DNA of 64,000 nt from contig NC_069004.1 in assembly GCF_001194135.2 (NCBI RefSeq), forward strand, positions 16,406,652 to 16,470,651, in the 5' to 3' direction. The position numbers were made by a program, and so were the translations under genes. The notes beneath the pieces were generated by a model that worked only from the letters and a program-made list of their open reading frames with translations, was not told where the DNA came from and did no database searches. This DNA comes from Octopus bimaculoides. Taxonomy: Eukaryota. Positions 27,674 to 40,050 of this stretch are shown here, piece after piece. How positions within the stretch are numbered: position 1 is the stretch's first letter; each line of letters opens with the position of its first letter.

Positions 27674-28049
27674 GTATGCACGTATTATATTATTCTTATA
27701 CAAGAATGTTGTTGGCAGTGACTTTGAAGTTTCAGCCAGCTATGCCATCATCAGACTGCAATGCATTAGAGTTAGTCTTGCCTTTATATAGTCTCTGTTC
27801 AGTTAAATTCATCTTTGGGTGTGTGGGTTTGAGTCTATTATATTAATAGCTCAAAAGCCACACTCTGTACAAACTTTTAAACTAGACAGAAATAATTGCA
27901 GAGTATCAAATGGTTGGATCAGGTGATGAAAGTTACAGAGAAGGTCATAGCCCAACTAATTAGAGAGAGGGTTGGTCTAGATGAGATACAGTTTGATTTT
28001 GTGCCACTGATGCTACATTTCTGGTAAGGCAGCTGCAGGAGAAGTACCA

Positions 28050-29104
28050 AACGTTTGGTGAGGAAAATGACCAGAGAGTGGTCAGCTCGAGAATGGTTTA
28101 AGCAATTTCACAATGGAGACCTGAGCCTTGAAGATTGTGAGCATAGTGGACGCCCATCTGTCATCACTGATGGTCAATTAAAGACTGTCATTGAGAAAGA
28201 TCCACGTAAAACCACTCAAGAACTGACCAAAGAACTTCAAGCTAGCCAGAAAACTGCCTACAACCATTTACATGCAATTGGAAAACCAAAAAATTTTGAC
28301 AAATGGGTACCACACAATTTGAATGAAAATCAGAAAATGTGAAGATATGAAATTTGCTTGTTGCTACTTCTCCGTAACCAGACTGATCCATTTCTCGACC
28401 GTATTGTAACTTGCGATGAAAAGTGGATTCTGTACAGTAATAAAAAATGTTCTTTGCAGTTGTTGGGCCAAAATGAAGCACCATACACCTTCCCTAAACC
28501 TGAGCTCTTCAAAAAAAAGGGTTATAGTGACTGACAGTCACCGTGTGGTTATGGTGACTGGTGAAGGTTATGGTGACTGTTTGACACCATTTTCTTCACC
28601 ACAGCTCTTCACTATAACTTCTTAAAACCCGGAAAAACCATTACTGCAGAAACATATTGCCATGAAATTGCTAAAATGAACAAAAAACTGCTACTCTTTC
28701 ATCCTAGACTGGTCAACAGAAGAGAATCAATCATTCTTCATAACAATGCTCAACTACATGTTTCACTAATGACGCTCCAGAAGTTGAGGGAGCTTGGCTA
28801 CAAAGTTCTTCCCCACCCAGCTTATTCCCCAGACCTTTCTCCTACTGACTATCACTTTTTCAAGCACCTTGATGGTTTCCTGTGAGAGAAAGTGTTCAAA
28901 AATCAAACCGATGCTGAAAGTATGTTCAAAGATTTCATCAGCTCCAGAACTCCAGATATTTATGTTATCGGAATAAACAAACTTGTAACTCGGTAAAAAT
29001 GTGTTGATTGCAATGGTACTTACTTTGATAAATAAAATTTCCGCATTGTTGAAATATATTGTGATGAATTTCATGTTTTAAAACGTTGCTAACTCAACCT
29101 GATA
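28050..29104 (+). pseudogene. Mariner transposase pseudogene (5'-truncated; stops and frameshifts)
   Basis: EWFKQFHNGDLSLED..SGRPS; KWVPHNL; RIVTCDEKWILY; HYNFLKPGKTITAE; ILHNNA; LPHPAYSPDLSPTDYHFF; KCVDCNGTYFDK*; degenerate 3' TIR near 29075-29104. Confidence 0.95.
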
Positions 29105-31069
29105 TATTTTATTTTTGTATTTGGTTTGAAGAGAGAAGGTGTATTATTGAAGAAGTCACAAATAGTGATGAAAAGAACTTGACTAACAAACAAATAAATG
29201 ATTTGTTAGTTGGTTAGTTGTTTAACTAGTTAACTAACAATAAAGAAGTAATATTGAACCCATGTGTGTTATTATTGGTATAATGACCCTCCCAAGATAT
29301 AACAAGATGTATACATGTGTGTGTATACACACACACACAGATATATATATATATATATATATATATAATACTTGTTTCAATCATCAGACTGTGGCCTTGG
29401 TGGGTTGGTTACTACTCTCAAGGATTTTAGTGGGTTTATGAACCCCATTATGTTACCTAGTCCTTGAAAAAGAGAGGAAGATAGAATGGACTTGGTATGA
29501 AGGGAAAGGAACCTGTATGGAAGTAATTCTGCAAAATATTTTTTTGCTTGACACCATTTTCTTCACCACACACACACACACACTCTCTCTCTCTCTCTCC
29601 CCACGGTAGACTTTCACAAAGTTTCTCTCTACTAAGTTTCTTCACAGGGGGATTAAACCTGGAGCTTGAAAGAATATATTCACAGTACAGCTGTGTTTAA
29701 ACATGGACCACTGCACCACTATTACACTAATTGAAATATAATGTCGTTGCACCTGTTTTTGTCATCATTATCATAATGACCACTGCCACCTCTATCCCCA
29801 CCATCACTCATCCAATCATCACCACTCCCTCTGCTATCATTATCATCAACATTACTACCTTCATCACCATGACAATTATCACCACCATCATAATTCTCAC
29901 TGCAATTCTGATCATCATCATCATTGTGACCATCACCACCACTGCCATCAATACCATCACTATATCATTACCAGCTAGAGGGAATTTACCATATAAGTGC
30001 TCAGTTGTCTAATTATGATAACTAAATCACCCTCAAACTCCCTATTACTTCTAAGATAGGGACCACTTATTTTAAGTTGTCCTATCCACATTTCACCTTG
30101 GGGCATCAGTCTGCAAAAGTTGAAATTGAACATCATCTGCATCAATGTCAGTAATCTGGGAGGGATGGCAAAGGTCATGAAAACTGCTCCTTTTCTGCCA
30201 ATTAACTATTTAATATACGTTGGTCCCCAGCAATTAAAGTGAAGATGCTACAGGAATACTTTGTTGAATCAACCACTTCCAGAATGTCTTCATGTTGGTG
30301 GAGTGCTGTTCAACAACAAACAGTCATGTCATCATTATCCTCTCAATTAACATCATCGCCATTATCACTCTTTGTCTATTTCTGCCGACTTATATTGGAT
30401 TTGATAGCAAATTTGGTTTTACTGTTTTTTTCCTGATTCTATTCTTGATTCCTCTGTTATTCTTTTCAGTTCCAGTACAAGATNNNNNNNNNNNNNNNNN
30501 NNNNNNNNNNNNNNNNNNNNNNNGGGGGGGGGGGGTTGCAAAACTTGGCATTTATTATAAACACATATCTAAGCATGACAGAATACCTCATTGCCATGAG
30601 GAACTTGGTGGTGAGATCATGAAGAAGAGACAGCTTAGTTTCCCTAATGCAACATGCAACTGTTATAACTAGAATAGCCAATGATGATTATGACAATTGT
30701 GACTACTACTGTTACTGTTGTTTGTTATGAGGACAACAACAAAAAAATGTACCTTGTGATGACAGTTTCAGGCATGGTTTCATTTTGATTCTATTTCCTT
30801 TTCTGGGTAAAATATGTAACTAGTTAAATCAGACTAGCATTTTTTTCCATCAGATCATAAGAATTTGCATATTAAGCCACACCCCTCACATCCCCAGTAT
30901 CAAATCTTCAATGCTATTTCTCCACTACCAGTAAATTATAATATTCATTGGAAATGGCAGATTTGATAGAGTACTAAGAATGAAGGATTCAAAATATGAA
31001 ACCAGATGTTTTTCAAAAATTTCTTTCGCCTCCCTCACCAGCTATCTACTATCTGTAAGTTTTTGTCTG

Positions 31070-31400
31070 GAGAAAAGGGTTATTCCTATGGCTTCAGCAA
31101 GCTGACTAAGGTTAGTAAGATTAATGTAACTGATGATAACCATGAGAAGGCTGTTTGGATATAGTGGTTGGTTAGTAAGAAAAGAGGAGAGATGAGTGAG
31201 TCATGGGTCATGGGTGGAGGTAGCCTGAGACAAGCTAGCTTCAAAGAACAGAGGCCACTATGGTAGTGGTAGAAAAACAGAATGATGAGACAGCGTGTCT
31301 ATGAGCCAGAGGTTGATGTATGTTGATAAGCGTCTCCATGCCAATCAGTCAGGTGGGAACAGATTTCTTCAAGGTGCAGTCCAAGGTGTAAATATTATTT
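31070..31400 (-). mobile_element. Highly degenerate CR1/Jockey-group LINE 3' fragment
   Basis: Minus frame LIILFFYHYHSGLCSLKLACL resembles the LSLFYRYYxGxCSxELA C-terminal motif. Confidence 0.5.
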
Positions 31401-32502
31401 AGCGTTTGCCAGCTTCAAATGATCTTGTAACACACTGCCAATCTTGTGACCTACTGTTACCTACACTATATATAACTTCCTTGTAATACTTGATTTTGTA
31501 ACACATTGTTGACTTAGTAACACACTGTATAAGTGAAAGTAGCATACCTCAGTGATTAGAATTTTAGTGTTAGAGGGCAGATGTTTAGGAATGTTAAATA
31601 ATTTGGTACTGAATATAGCCCACTAAGGAAAACACATATCAATTAATTACTCTGTTAATATATTTGATTTAATTCACAAATCATTGTTGTTGTTATTGTT
31701 TAGCAACTACATTAGCTCTAATCAGGCAGATCTATGAGCATTCCAGTTGTGACAATTGCTCCTTTTTGTATTTGCTAGGAACCTAGAATCATATCAACTA
31801 AAATGTCCTTTTTTTTTTAAAGTGTTAGCGTGTGACATAAGGGAGACATGGCTGCTATTTTTAGCAGGTCCAGTAACCATGAAGAGGCTCTTTGGATCAT
31901 ATGTCTTACATAGACTTTAAAGCATTGAACAGTATGCTTTGTAATATTCATTATGGTTCCCTGAACTCTGAGTTCAAATCCAACTGAGGTTAAATTTGCC
32001 TTTCATCCTTTTGAGATCAATAAATAAAGCACCTGCCCAATTCCTCTGTCTGTCTCTTTCCAAAAAATCAGCTGTATGAATCTAAAGAAGGATGGGCACC
32101 ACATTCCATCTCCAGGTCTGGTGTAAAAATATCCATCCAAGACATGTTTTTGTGTTATGGGTGGGCCCTAATGTGATTCCTTTGGGAGTTGAGAGCCCAA
32201 GGCAAGGCTCGTGGTGGAGTGGAAGAAATAGTGAAAAGGCGGATTGAATTCTTTTTACCTTCATTCCTTTATTCTGTGAGTTCAAATAGAAATAATGCCA
32301 AGGTTGACTCTACTGTCCATCATTCCTGGATTGATAAAAACCAAGTACTGGAGTTGATGTATAATTGACTATTGTTTCTTCCTGCAAATTTCTGGCTTTG
32401 TACCCATATAAGAAATCATCATCATCATCATCATTATATTTTCTCTATGATGAAATAGCTGAAATAGTTATATACTGAATAATTAGTTGGCATAACACTC
32501 CT

Positions 32503-32724
32503 TTAACCCTTTAGCTTTTAAACCGGCTATATCCAGCCCAAATATTTTGCCTATTTTATGTTCAAACCAGATAGATCTGGCCTCTCACACCTACCCTACA
32601 ATGTCATTCTAAAAACAATCACATCATTTAACTCTCAAAGCTATGAGATAATGCATGATTAATTCAAGACTGTGAATAAATAAATTTTACATTTGACAAA
32701 ATAATCTGAATACCAAAAAGTTAT
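32503..32724. mobile_element. piggyBac-like MITE copy
   Basis: TTAA-CCCTTTAGC left end; colinear with 7996-8224; right TIR is degenerate. Confidence 0.75.
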
Positions 32725-35268
32725 TCATTTAAATATATTTAAAAAACTTTGTTGAATAAATATATATTCAAATTGTAGTTATTTTACTTCACACATACTC
32801 CTTACACCTTTGACAGCGATATCATACAATCCTACTTTTCCCATGATAGACACCAGAGGTTGCTTGTAGATTGGTTTCAATTCATCTCTCTCAACACTGT
32901 TATCAGTTACGTGTTATATATCCACATTGTGCTTATTCACAGCTCAAGCTGATAACATAGCCTCTATGAACTTGCTGAGCTTCATAAAAATAACAACCAA
33001 ATTTCTTTCAGAAATCACTACTGTTTTAAATAATGAAGGACACTGGACAGTATAGTCCTTGAGATACAAAGATAAAAAATAGTCTCATCACAGTTGGAAC
33101 ACTTTTGATCATTGGATTGCTCAGTCAAGGCTGACCTGGGACTGAAAATAATAATGGCAGCCTATGTGTAGCTAAGAGGACTAGGCTGTTGAGAATCATG
33201 TCTTTGCACATGACAGAATGTAGTAGTGGTGAATGAGTATGAACCTTCGACCTATCACTGGCATGGACAATGGCAGTTATGAATATGAGGGATGGGAGAA
33301 AGAGAGCAAAAACAAGTGACTTTCAAAACGAATTAGTCAAATTCTGTTGTAAATAATTTAGTTTTTGCTTTTAAAATGTGCAGGCCACAAACTAGGAAAT
33401 TAGTGTGTGTGTGTTTGACTTTGTGTGTCTGTATGTGTTCATGTAATTGCATGCTTTTCTCTGTACATGAATGTGTGTGTTGAAACTTAGCATCATCAAT
33501 CAACCAACAAATTGTTGAGTTAACTATTAGCTAAATAAGTGTTTTCATTTTAACATTATTTGGTGATGTGGTGCAAACAAATTCTACAATTCTGTTTTAA
33601 CCCTCTTTAAAGCATTTTCACCTTTCTCATAAATCCACAAATGTACTTGATAAAGGCATGAACCCCACACAGTCTCATTTGTCTCTCTATATAAATCTGT
33701 GTTCCTTTTTGTTTAGTTTGAAATGTTGCAGAGTTGTAGATAGTCGGTGTGGCAAAGGTGAGTATGGGTAAGCTGATGGAACACATGCACAGGTATGGGT
33801 AGTCAATAAGAAGCATTTTTCTAGTCCATCAAAACTGATGAGAGGGAGAAGAGGGGATTAAGGTATACTCAGGCCAGTTCACTGCTCTGGTCAGGGATTT
33901 CATTTTAAACCTCAATAGGATTTTAACTAAGAACACAAGTGGCTACAGTAAATACTCTGAAGTATTTCATCCACCTCTCTGACAGTTCTGCCGAGGAAGT
34001 TAATGATGTGTTATTTCAGATGGCAGAGAAAAGAGTTCAGTGTGTTGAATAGGATTAGGGCCTATCATTGACTAGATCTGAAGAACAAGGGTCAATTATA
34101 GCTATTACAAAGACAGATGGGAGGTAAAAACCCAAAAAGTTAATGTTTGCAGTGAAAATTTCAGGAATTGTTGACTGGCTTTGACAACAGGAGAAGAATT
34201 TCTGTTCCCTTGTGGTGACAAACCTTTTATCAATTCTTAAGTAAAGATTTGTCATGGATTTTTAACTTTCAAATTGGAATTAAGCACCAGAAATTACAAA
34301 CCCATTAAAACAATGGAATTTCCTTTTCTTTCTTTTTTTTTCTGTTTTTTGTTTGATTTAATGATTTTATTAACATCCCCATTTCCTCACCTCATTGATC
34401 AAGTTCAAGGTCATTCTATCCCCACTAGATTTGAACTCAGAAATGCACTCCACTATACTCAATGTCAGCTTGATATTTAGGTCTTCTCAGCCATATTCCA
34501 AACAGGTTACAAAACATTTTTTCAGAAAAGGAATAAAATGTAATTTAAATAATAATCTAATATGAGTTATGTTTTGTATGTATATAAACTCACACATACA
34601 TTCACACATACTCCATGGCCTTTTTTCCTGTCAGTTAAAATATTTTACAAGTTTTATCATCACCTTCATATTTTATTTATTTATTTTTTAATTCATCTAT
34701 TTCTCAATACACATTTCCTTTCTTCTCTCAATCTGATTATTCTAAGTATGTGTCTGATAGAGAGAGAGAGAGGGCTGAGGTCCAAGATTTCAGTTGTTCT
34801 GTTTCACTGATAATATTGCCAAGCAAAATGTCTTTGTTGCTAGGTAACAGCTTTCGTAAGCTTCTCGTCTTTACATCATCAATGTTGTTCTTTGAAAGGC
34901 TTGTCAACCTGAATTGCTGCCGCTGCACTGCTTTCTCTATAAACACACACACACATGCATGTGTGTATATTTTTTTTTTGCATAGATACTTATTTCTGTG
35001 TGTGTGTACACACAAACACACACACATACGTATATAATGAATATTTATGCCAAAAACAACTAGAAATAACTATAAAGATGAAATAATAAAAAAACTGGTT
35101 GCTTCACAACATACCACACCATTAATAATGTCCATCTATATAATTATGATACAAATTTTCAGTTAAACTCTTAACCATTAATAATTTTTAAAAACGTGGA
35201 ACCAGAACCTTTTATTTGTCCCAAAACAGTCTCCTACTGTGATACTGATTTTATGTGACAGGTGTTAC

Positions 35269-35326
35269 TTTATTATGTATTCTCTCATAACTATTTCCAA
35301 AGAGAAACCCACGTCCAGTTTGATAA
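35269..35326 (-). CDS. Candidate exon 3 of the putative RRM protein: (I)YQTGRGFLFGNSYERIHNK
   Basis: Strong acceptor TTACTCTTTTTAACCATCTACAG and donor GTAACA. Phase 2 entry matches the exit phase of the preceding exon; RGFLF is RNP1-like but imperfect. Confidence 0.35.
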
Positions 35327-35991
35327 CTGTAGATGGTTAAAAGAGTAAGCGTGTAAGAAAGATATTCTGTTTGGTACACGAGCAGTTGTATACATAGGGT
35401 TTACAGTGAATGGAGAAGTACAAATTAAGTATTTTCTGTTCACAGGATTTTAAGAAAATTGTGGAAATTTGGAGCAACTACTCAATGGGGAAGACAACTT
35501 TTGATGGTTTGTTTTGTTTACTCAGGCATGCAAATGTATGGGTTTCTCTCTTTCAGCTTGACAATCCCTTCAGACATGACAATTTGTTTCACTGGATGTC
35601 TGTCAAGTTGCCCAAACTGTGGAGCACAGATTGGGTATTAGAAGGATCCACTGTAATGTGCGAGAGAGAAAATCATGGGTAAATACATATGATGGAGCCT
35701 GCAGAAGAGGAATATCAAAGAAATGAAGACTGATCTGAGGGTACTGTACCGCAGGAAAATGATATTTGACTGTTATAAGTGGTAAGATGCCATGCTGGTG
35801 GAGACCTGTCGAACCCATATCAGCAGGAGGGAAAAAAATGGTTGTCAAATAATGATGATTTCTGTGTCTGTCTTGTATGCTTGTGGAGAGTTGCAAGAGA
35901 GTTAAGACAGTTTAAATTTTGAAGAAGTTAGTTGTGCCCCCAGGATAAAGTTTTAGGATGTGTGGTCTTTATTTGGACAAATGGAACATAC

Positions 35992-36053
35992 ATTGACAAG
36001 ATCTTTCCATAGATATCAAAAATACCCTTTAGTTCATTTTCTTCAACTTTGTT
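35992..36053 (-). CDS. Candidate exon 2 of the putative RRM protein: NKVEENELKGIFDIYGKILS
   Basis: Acceptor GTGTTTTAACCACAG, donor GTATGT. The peptide matches the RRM helix-1 pattern (EExELxxxFxxYGKI), and an in-frame stop two codons upstream requires splicing. Confidence 0.55.
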
Positions 36054-36799
36054 CTGTGGTTAAAACACATTGCAAATAAGTCAGAGTTCACAGAAACTTG
36101 TAGTAGTCTGCATCAGCAAAAAAAAAAAAAAAAAAAAAAATCATTCAGTAAAACTCATAAATTTAATGTTTGTATGCTATGAGAGATGAGAGTACTGGTA
36201 TTTCAAGCAAGACCTTTGTTGGAAAGATATATATTTTTAATGTTAATATTTACAGTAACACTAAGAATGTAGATTTAAAGTTTACTAGTTGGTAATTTGA
36301 ATGTAATTTTGCTTTTGTTCATCCTTTAACCTTCTCAAAACACTTCTGTGCACTTATATAAGTAAACATTATCATTTTTATTACTGAGCAATGTTCTCAA
36401 TGAACGAAGATAGCTCCAGTTTCAATCTCTTGCTGCTGTATTTTCATTACATTTACCCTTATAAAAACAATATAACATCATCGCATTTTCCCCGTCCATT
36501 AACCTATGTTCAACTTCATGTTTTGTTGGGTTTTTTGTTTTTATATATTAAAATATTAACTGGAGAAGATATACTTTTTTTTTTGACAAAGTTTGAAAAT
36601 TTTTGTTTTTAATATGCTTTTTTTTTTTTACGAAACTGACAAGAATGGTAATAGAAATATCCATATAAAATTATGAATTGAATTTCTCAACTGAGCTAGA
36701 GGAATAAATATCTCTTAAATTGGTTTGTCATGTATGTGAAGTTGTTCACAGCCAGAGAATTTGAACTTTAATCAGTACATCTGAACATATCCTCCAAAC

Positions 36800-36856
36800 C
36801 AAGCAGCCAGATACAAAAACACAGTTGATCTGTCTCAGAGGAGGGAAAGACGCCAT
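36800..36856 (-). CDS. Candidate first coding exon of the putative RRM protein: MASFPPLRQINCVFVSGCL
   Basis: The ATG lies in CAAAATGGCG (YY1-type initiator context) and VFVSG is RNP2-like. Phase-0 splicing at a weak donor (GTTTGG) to exon 2 gives canonical RNP2-to-helix-1 spacing. Confidence 0.45.
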
Positions 36857-37300
36857 TTTGAGATCACGTGGCATATAGTATGGAGGAATAGAAGTTCCTG
36901 AACTGATTTTCGTATTACGAAATAAGTTTTTGCATCGTTATCATTTGTTAATCTGTTCAGTTCGCTCTGAATTAAACAAATAAAATTATTTTATAAATTA
37001 TTTTTACCAAAGCCAGTGTAGTAACTGTTAATTATGTTGTATTCGAAAGATTAAAAATAGGAAAGAAAACAGATTAAAACAAATATTGCAATACAATTTT
37101 TTCCTCAAAAGTAGCTCTGCTAGAAATATTTATTGTCATGTAACTTTTCCATATATTTTGGTCACGTGTCTTCGTCGCCAGCTTTTTTGTTGTTGTTGTT
37201 TCGTTTTTTCTTTTTTTTAAGAGGAAGTTCCGTTTTGATTTCCTTTCAATGTTCGGTTGTTATGTCAGTTTAGTCCGGTGTACTGACGACTTGCTGAATT
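36850..37300. promoter_or_regulatory. CpG-rich, possibly bidirectional promoter
   Basis: YY1 motif CGCCATTTTG at 36851-36860; E-boxes CACGTG at 36865-36870 and 37163-37168; ETS-like GGAAGTTCCG at 37223-37232; 8 CpG counted in 37141-37320. Confidence 0.6.
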
Positions 37301-39893
37301 GTTACCACAGCAAGGCAACTTGACAACCAGCTAACATAACTTGAAATTACCAACATAATTATTTGAAAGCAATTTACTTGTTTTATGTGATTTTAAAAAA
37401 GTCTCCTGTTGTTGTTTAACAAGAACATCGTCAGCTCCAAAGAAAAAGAAGGAACAGCAGCAGCATCACAACAACAACATTAGTAAGAAGAGTGATGAGC
37501 GGCCATGTTTGCCTGCCAGTCACTGCGTACAGCCGACCTCCACTTACTCACTTCTTCTACATGTTCTTATATTCTACACACTTATAGCCATCCAGTCAAG
37601 CTGTCCATTAGTTCGGCCCAACACTGTTGTTTCTGTCATCCACCCTGCTACACACCGCCGCTCTCTCCGCCACCCGTCACTGACATTTCACCCTTTCACT
37701 AAAAACATCTTTACAGACATGTTGCATATTTAGCGCTTACTTCTCGCTCGCCGTTGCCATTCGTTGATGTTTGCCTCTTTTACTACTGGCACCCTGCAAC
37801 AACCCAATGGATTACATTATATATACATGTATATATGAATGTATGTTATTACATAGCTAGTTGACTTTGTGGACAGACCCTACAAACGGACCTACACCGA
37901 AAGAACGAAGGCTACTTTGTAAATAATATACAATACATATACATGTATATATAAACGTGTGTGCTTGTATATAACATACATAAACTACATTGTGGTAAAC
38001 ACTAATGCTACGTGGAGGAAAGTATCTACCAGTTATATAATTATTATATTTGTGTGTGAACAAGGCGAGAAGGAAGAAGTCAATACGGAAAGTAAATATT
38101 TTTATTGGAAATTGAAACTTCACAAATCGTTACTCCGAGTCTCCTCGTTTCCCATTTTTACACACACACATGATTACTCGGGATCTACTCTTTAATGAAG
38201 TATATGCGAATTCATTACTATTAAATCAAAACTTTAGTTTTGTATATATTTACAAGTTGTGTATTTTTTATTGTTTTCTTTTTCTGAAAACAAAGTAAAA
38301 CACGACAAAATCCCAATCAAAATTTCTATCTTTACTAAAACAACAAGGTTGATTCGTATTGAACTTCACCCATCGATCTTACTAAATGTTGTTGAAGTTT
38401 ACTGTTTCTATTGTTGTTATTCTGTGAGATTAAATCAGGATTTAAAAGAAACAAAAGTTTGAGAGAAGAAAGTGATTTTTTTTTCTCTATATTTTCCACA
38501 TTGCATAAATATATTGAAAGAAAATATGACACATGAATTTTTTTTTTTTAACAACATTATATCGAAGGATCACAGCAAAAGGAATTAGCAGCTCTTAAAT
38601 ACAAATTGGAATTTCAATTGCATTTCAATAATTCTGAATGAAATCCCCTTTTATATAGGTGTGAAAGAAAAAAAAAAACAAACTTCGATCTGATTTATGG
38701 TAAATGTTTTCAATGAAGCTATTTAAAGCTGGGAGAGACAGTCACAATTTATTTTACATACTTATTAAACAACAGAATCCTTATATTACCTTCCTTAACA
38801 CACACACACACAATTCCTCTTTTTCTCTCTCACAAATATCGCTAACACTTACATACACACCCTCTTCAATAAACACATCAATCACAACGTCCCATATTCC
38901 CACTGTTTCTAAGTTTGCAGTCTTATTTAGGATTACCTTTCAAACTTAATCTTCAATTTTCATTTCAATTTCTACCCTATTATACAACTAAACTATTATT
39001 GTTGTTGCGTATATATGCATATATATTAATATATATATATATTGAGAAACAACAACGTTATAGAGAGATGTTTGTTTTACCTTGGATACCTCTCATCAGG
39101 AACACCATGATATAACTTAACGTTTTTGAGGTAAGGAACAATATAGCTCAATTCGTTACTTTGTTAAGATTGATGTAAAGTTATATTTTAATGGAACTTT
39201 ATTTAAATGGTTTGTGCGCGCGTATACATACACACATGTATATATTTGAGTGACTAAATGTTAAATGCTTCTATTCCTCTTCAGTGTCCTCATATCACAC
39301 ACGTGTCGGTGCCTGAGGTTATCCTCTCCGAATGACTGTCCCAACAGTTTATCAGTATCTCTTTGTATATTTTATGTAGGTGTGTGTATAGGTACGTGTT
39401 TTCATTTGTGTGTGCGAGACCAGGCTCCACACACTATTGCTAGTGACTGTAATCCTACGCAGGCATGTAAGTTACGAAGGTTAATATTTATTACTCCATC
39501 TTTCTGACATGCGTGTTGAATAGTGAGTGTTTATAGGTCTCTATAAATACTAAACTATTCTCTCTTTTACTTCGTATTCCTCATATTCGGTTAAATAGTC
39601 ATTGACATGCGATGATCTTAGCTAATTACTCGAATGTGACCAGTGAAAATGCTCACAATCCCCAATCGCAAGTAGTTGTCAATTAGCCAAAGAGTATTGG
39701 GGAAAATAAAAACTCTAGAATTTGTCACTGATCAATAATAAATTAACTAAATTGTTTTAACTCAGGTGCTTATACTATTCACTGTTTAGCATTATATACA
39801 CATTTGTTGATACAAAGTTAACCTAGTTTATATTGTTTATACTGCCATCATGTATAATGCAGCAGTAATATATATATATATATAATTAGATAA

Positions 39894-40050
39894 AAATAGT
39901 TATGGCCGTCTCTGGGGTTACCCGGGGTTTCACGTCCATAGAGCGCTTGCTTTAACTGCGTCTCTTCAGGTTCTGGAGAGACGCTGTTAAAGAAAGCGCT
40001 CTATGGACGTGAAACCCTGGGTAACCCGCACAGACCGGCCATAACTATTT
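39894..40050. repeat. GC-rich near-perfect palindrome (arms of about 77 bp, 3-nt loop)
   Basis: AAATAGTTATGGCCG..GGGTTTCACGTCCATAGAGCGCTTGCTTTAACTGCGTCTCTTCAG-GTT-CTGGAGAGACGCTGTTAAAGAAAGCGCTCTATGGACGTGAAACCC..CGGCCATAACTATTT. Confidence 0.95.

Noticed and set aside
29731-30012. 93-aa Ile/Thr-rich membrane- or mucin-like ORF (similarly 2730-2918 and 11106-11325)
   Set aside because: Degenerate (CAT/CAC/ATT)n trinucleotide low-complexity sequence.
980-35680. Isolated exon-like segments (for example near 990-1040, 5070-5200, 6930-6995, 7440-7510, 17650-17706, 24350-24427, 30220-30310, 30580-30670, 33717-33757 and 35446-35678)
   Set aside because: Each has plausible splice signals, often created by adjacent microsatellites, but they could not be chained in phase into a recognisable protein.
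36030-36110. Minus frame LLQVSVNSDLFAMCFNH resembling the BRCC36 N-terminus (VHLESDAFLVCLNH)
   Set aside because: Similarity ends after NH, a stop follows within nine codons, and no other JAMM-domain exons were found.
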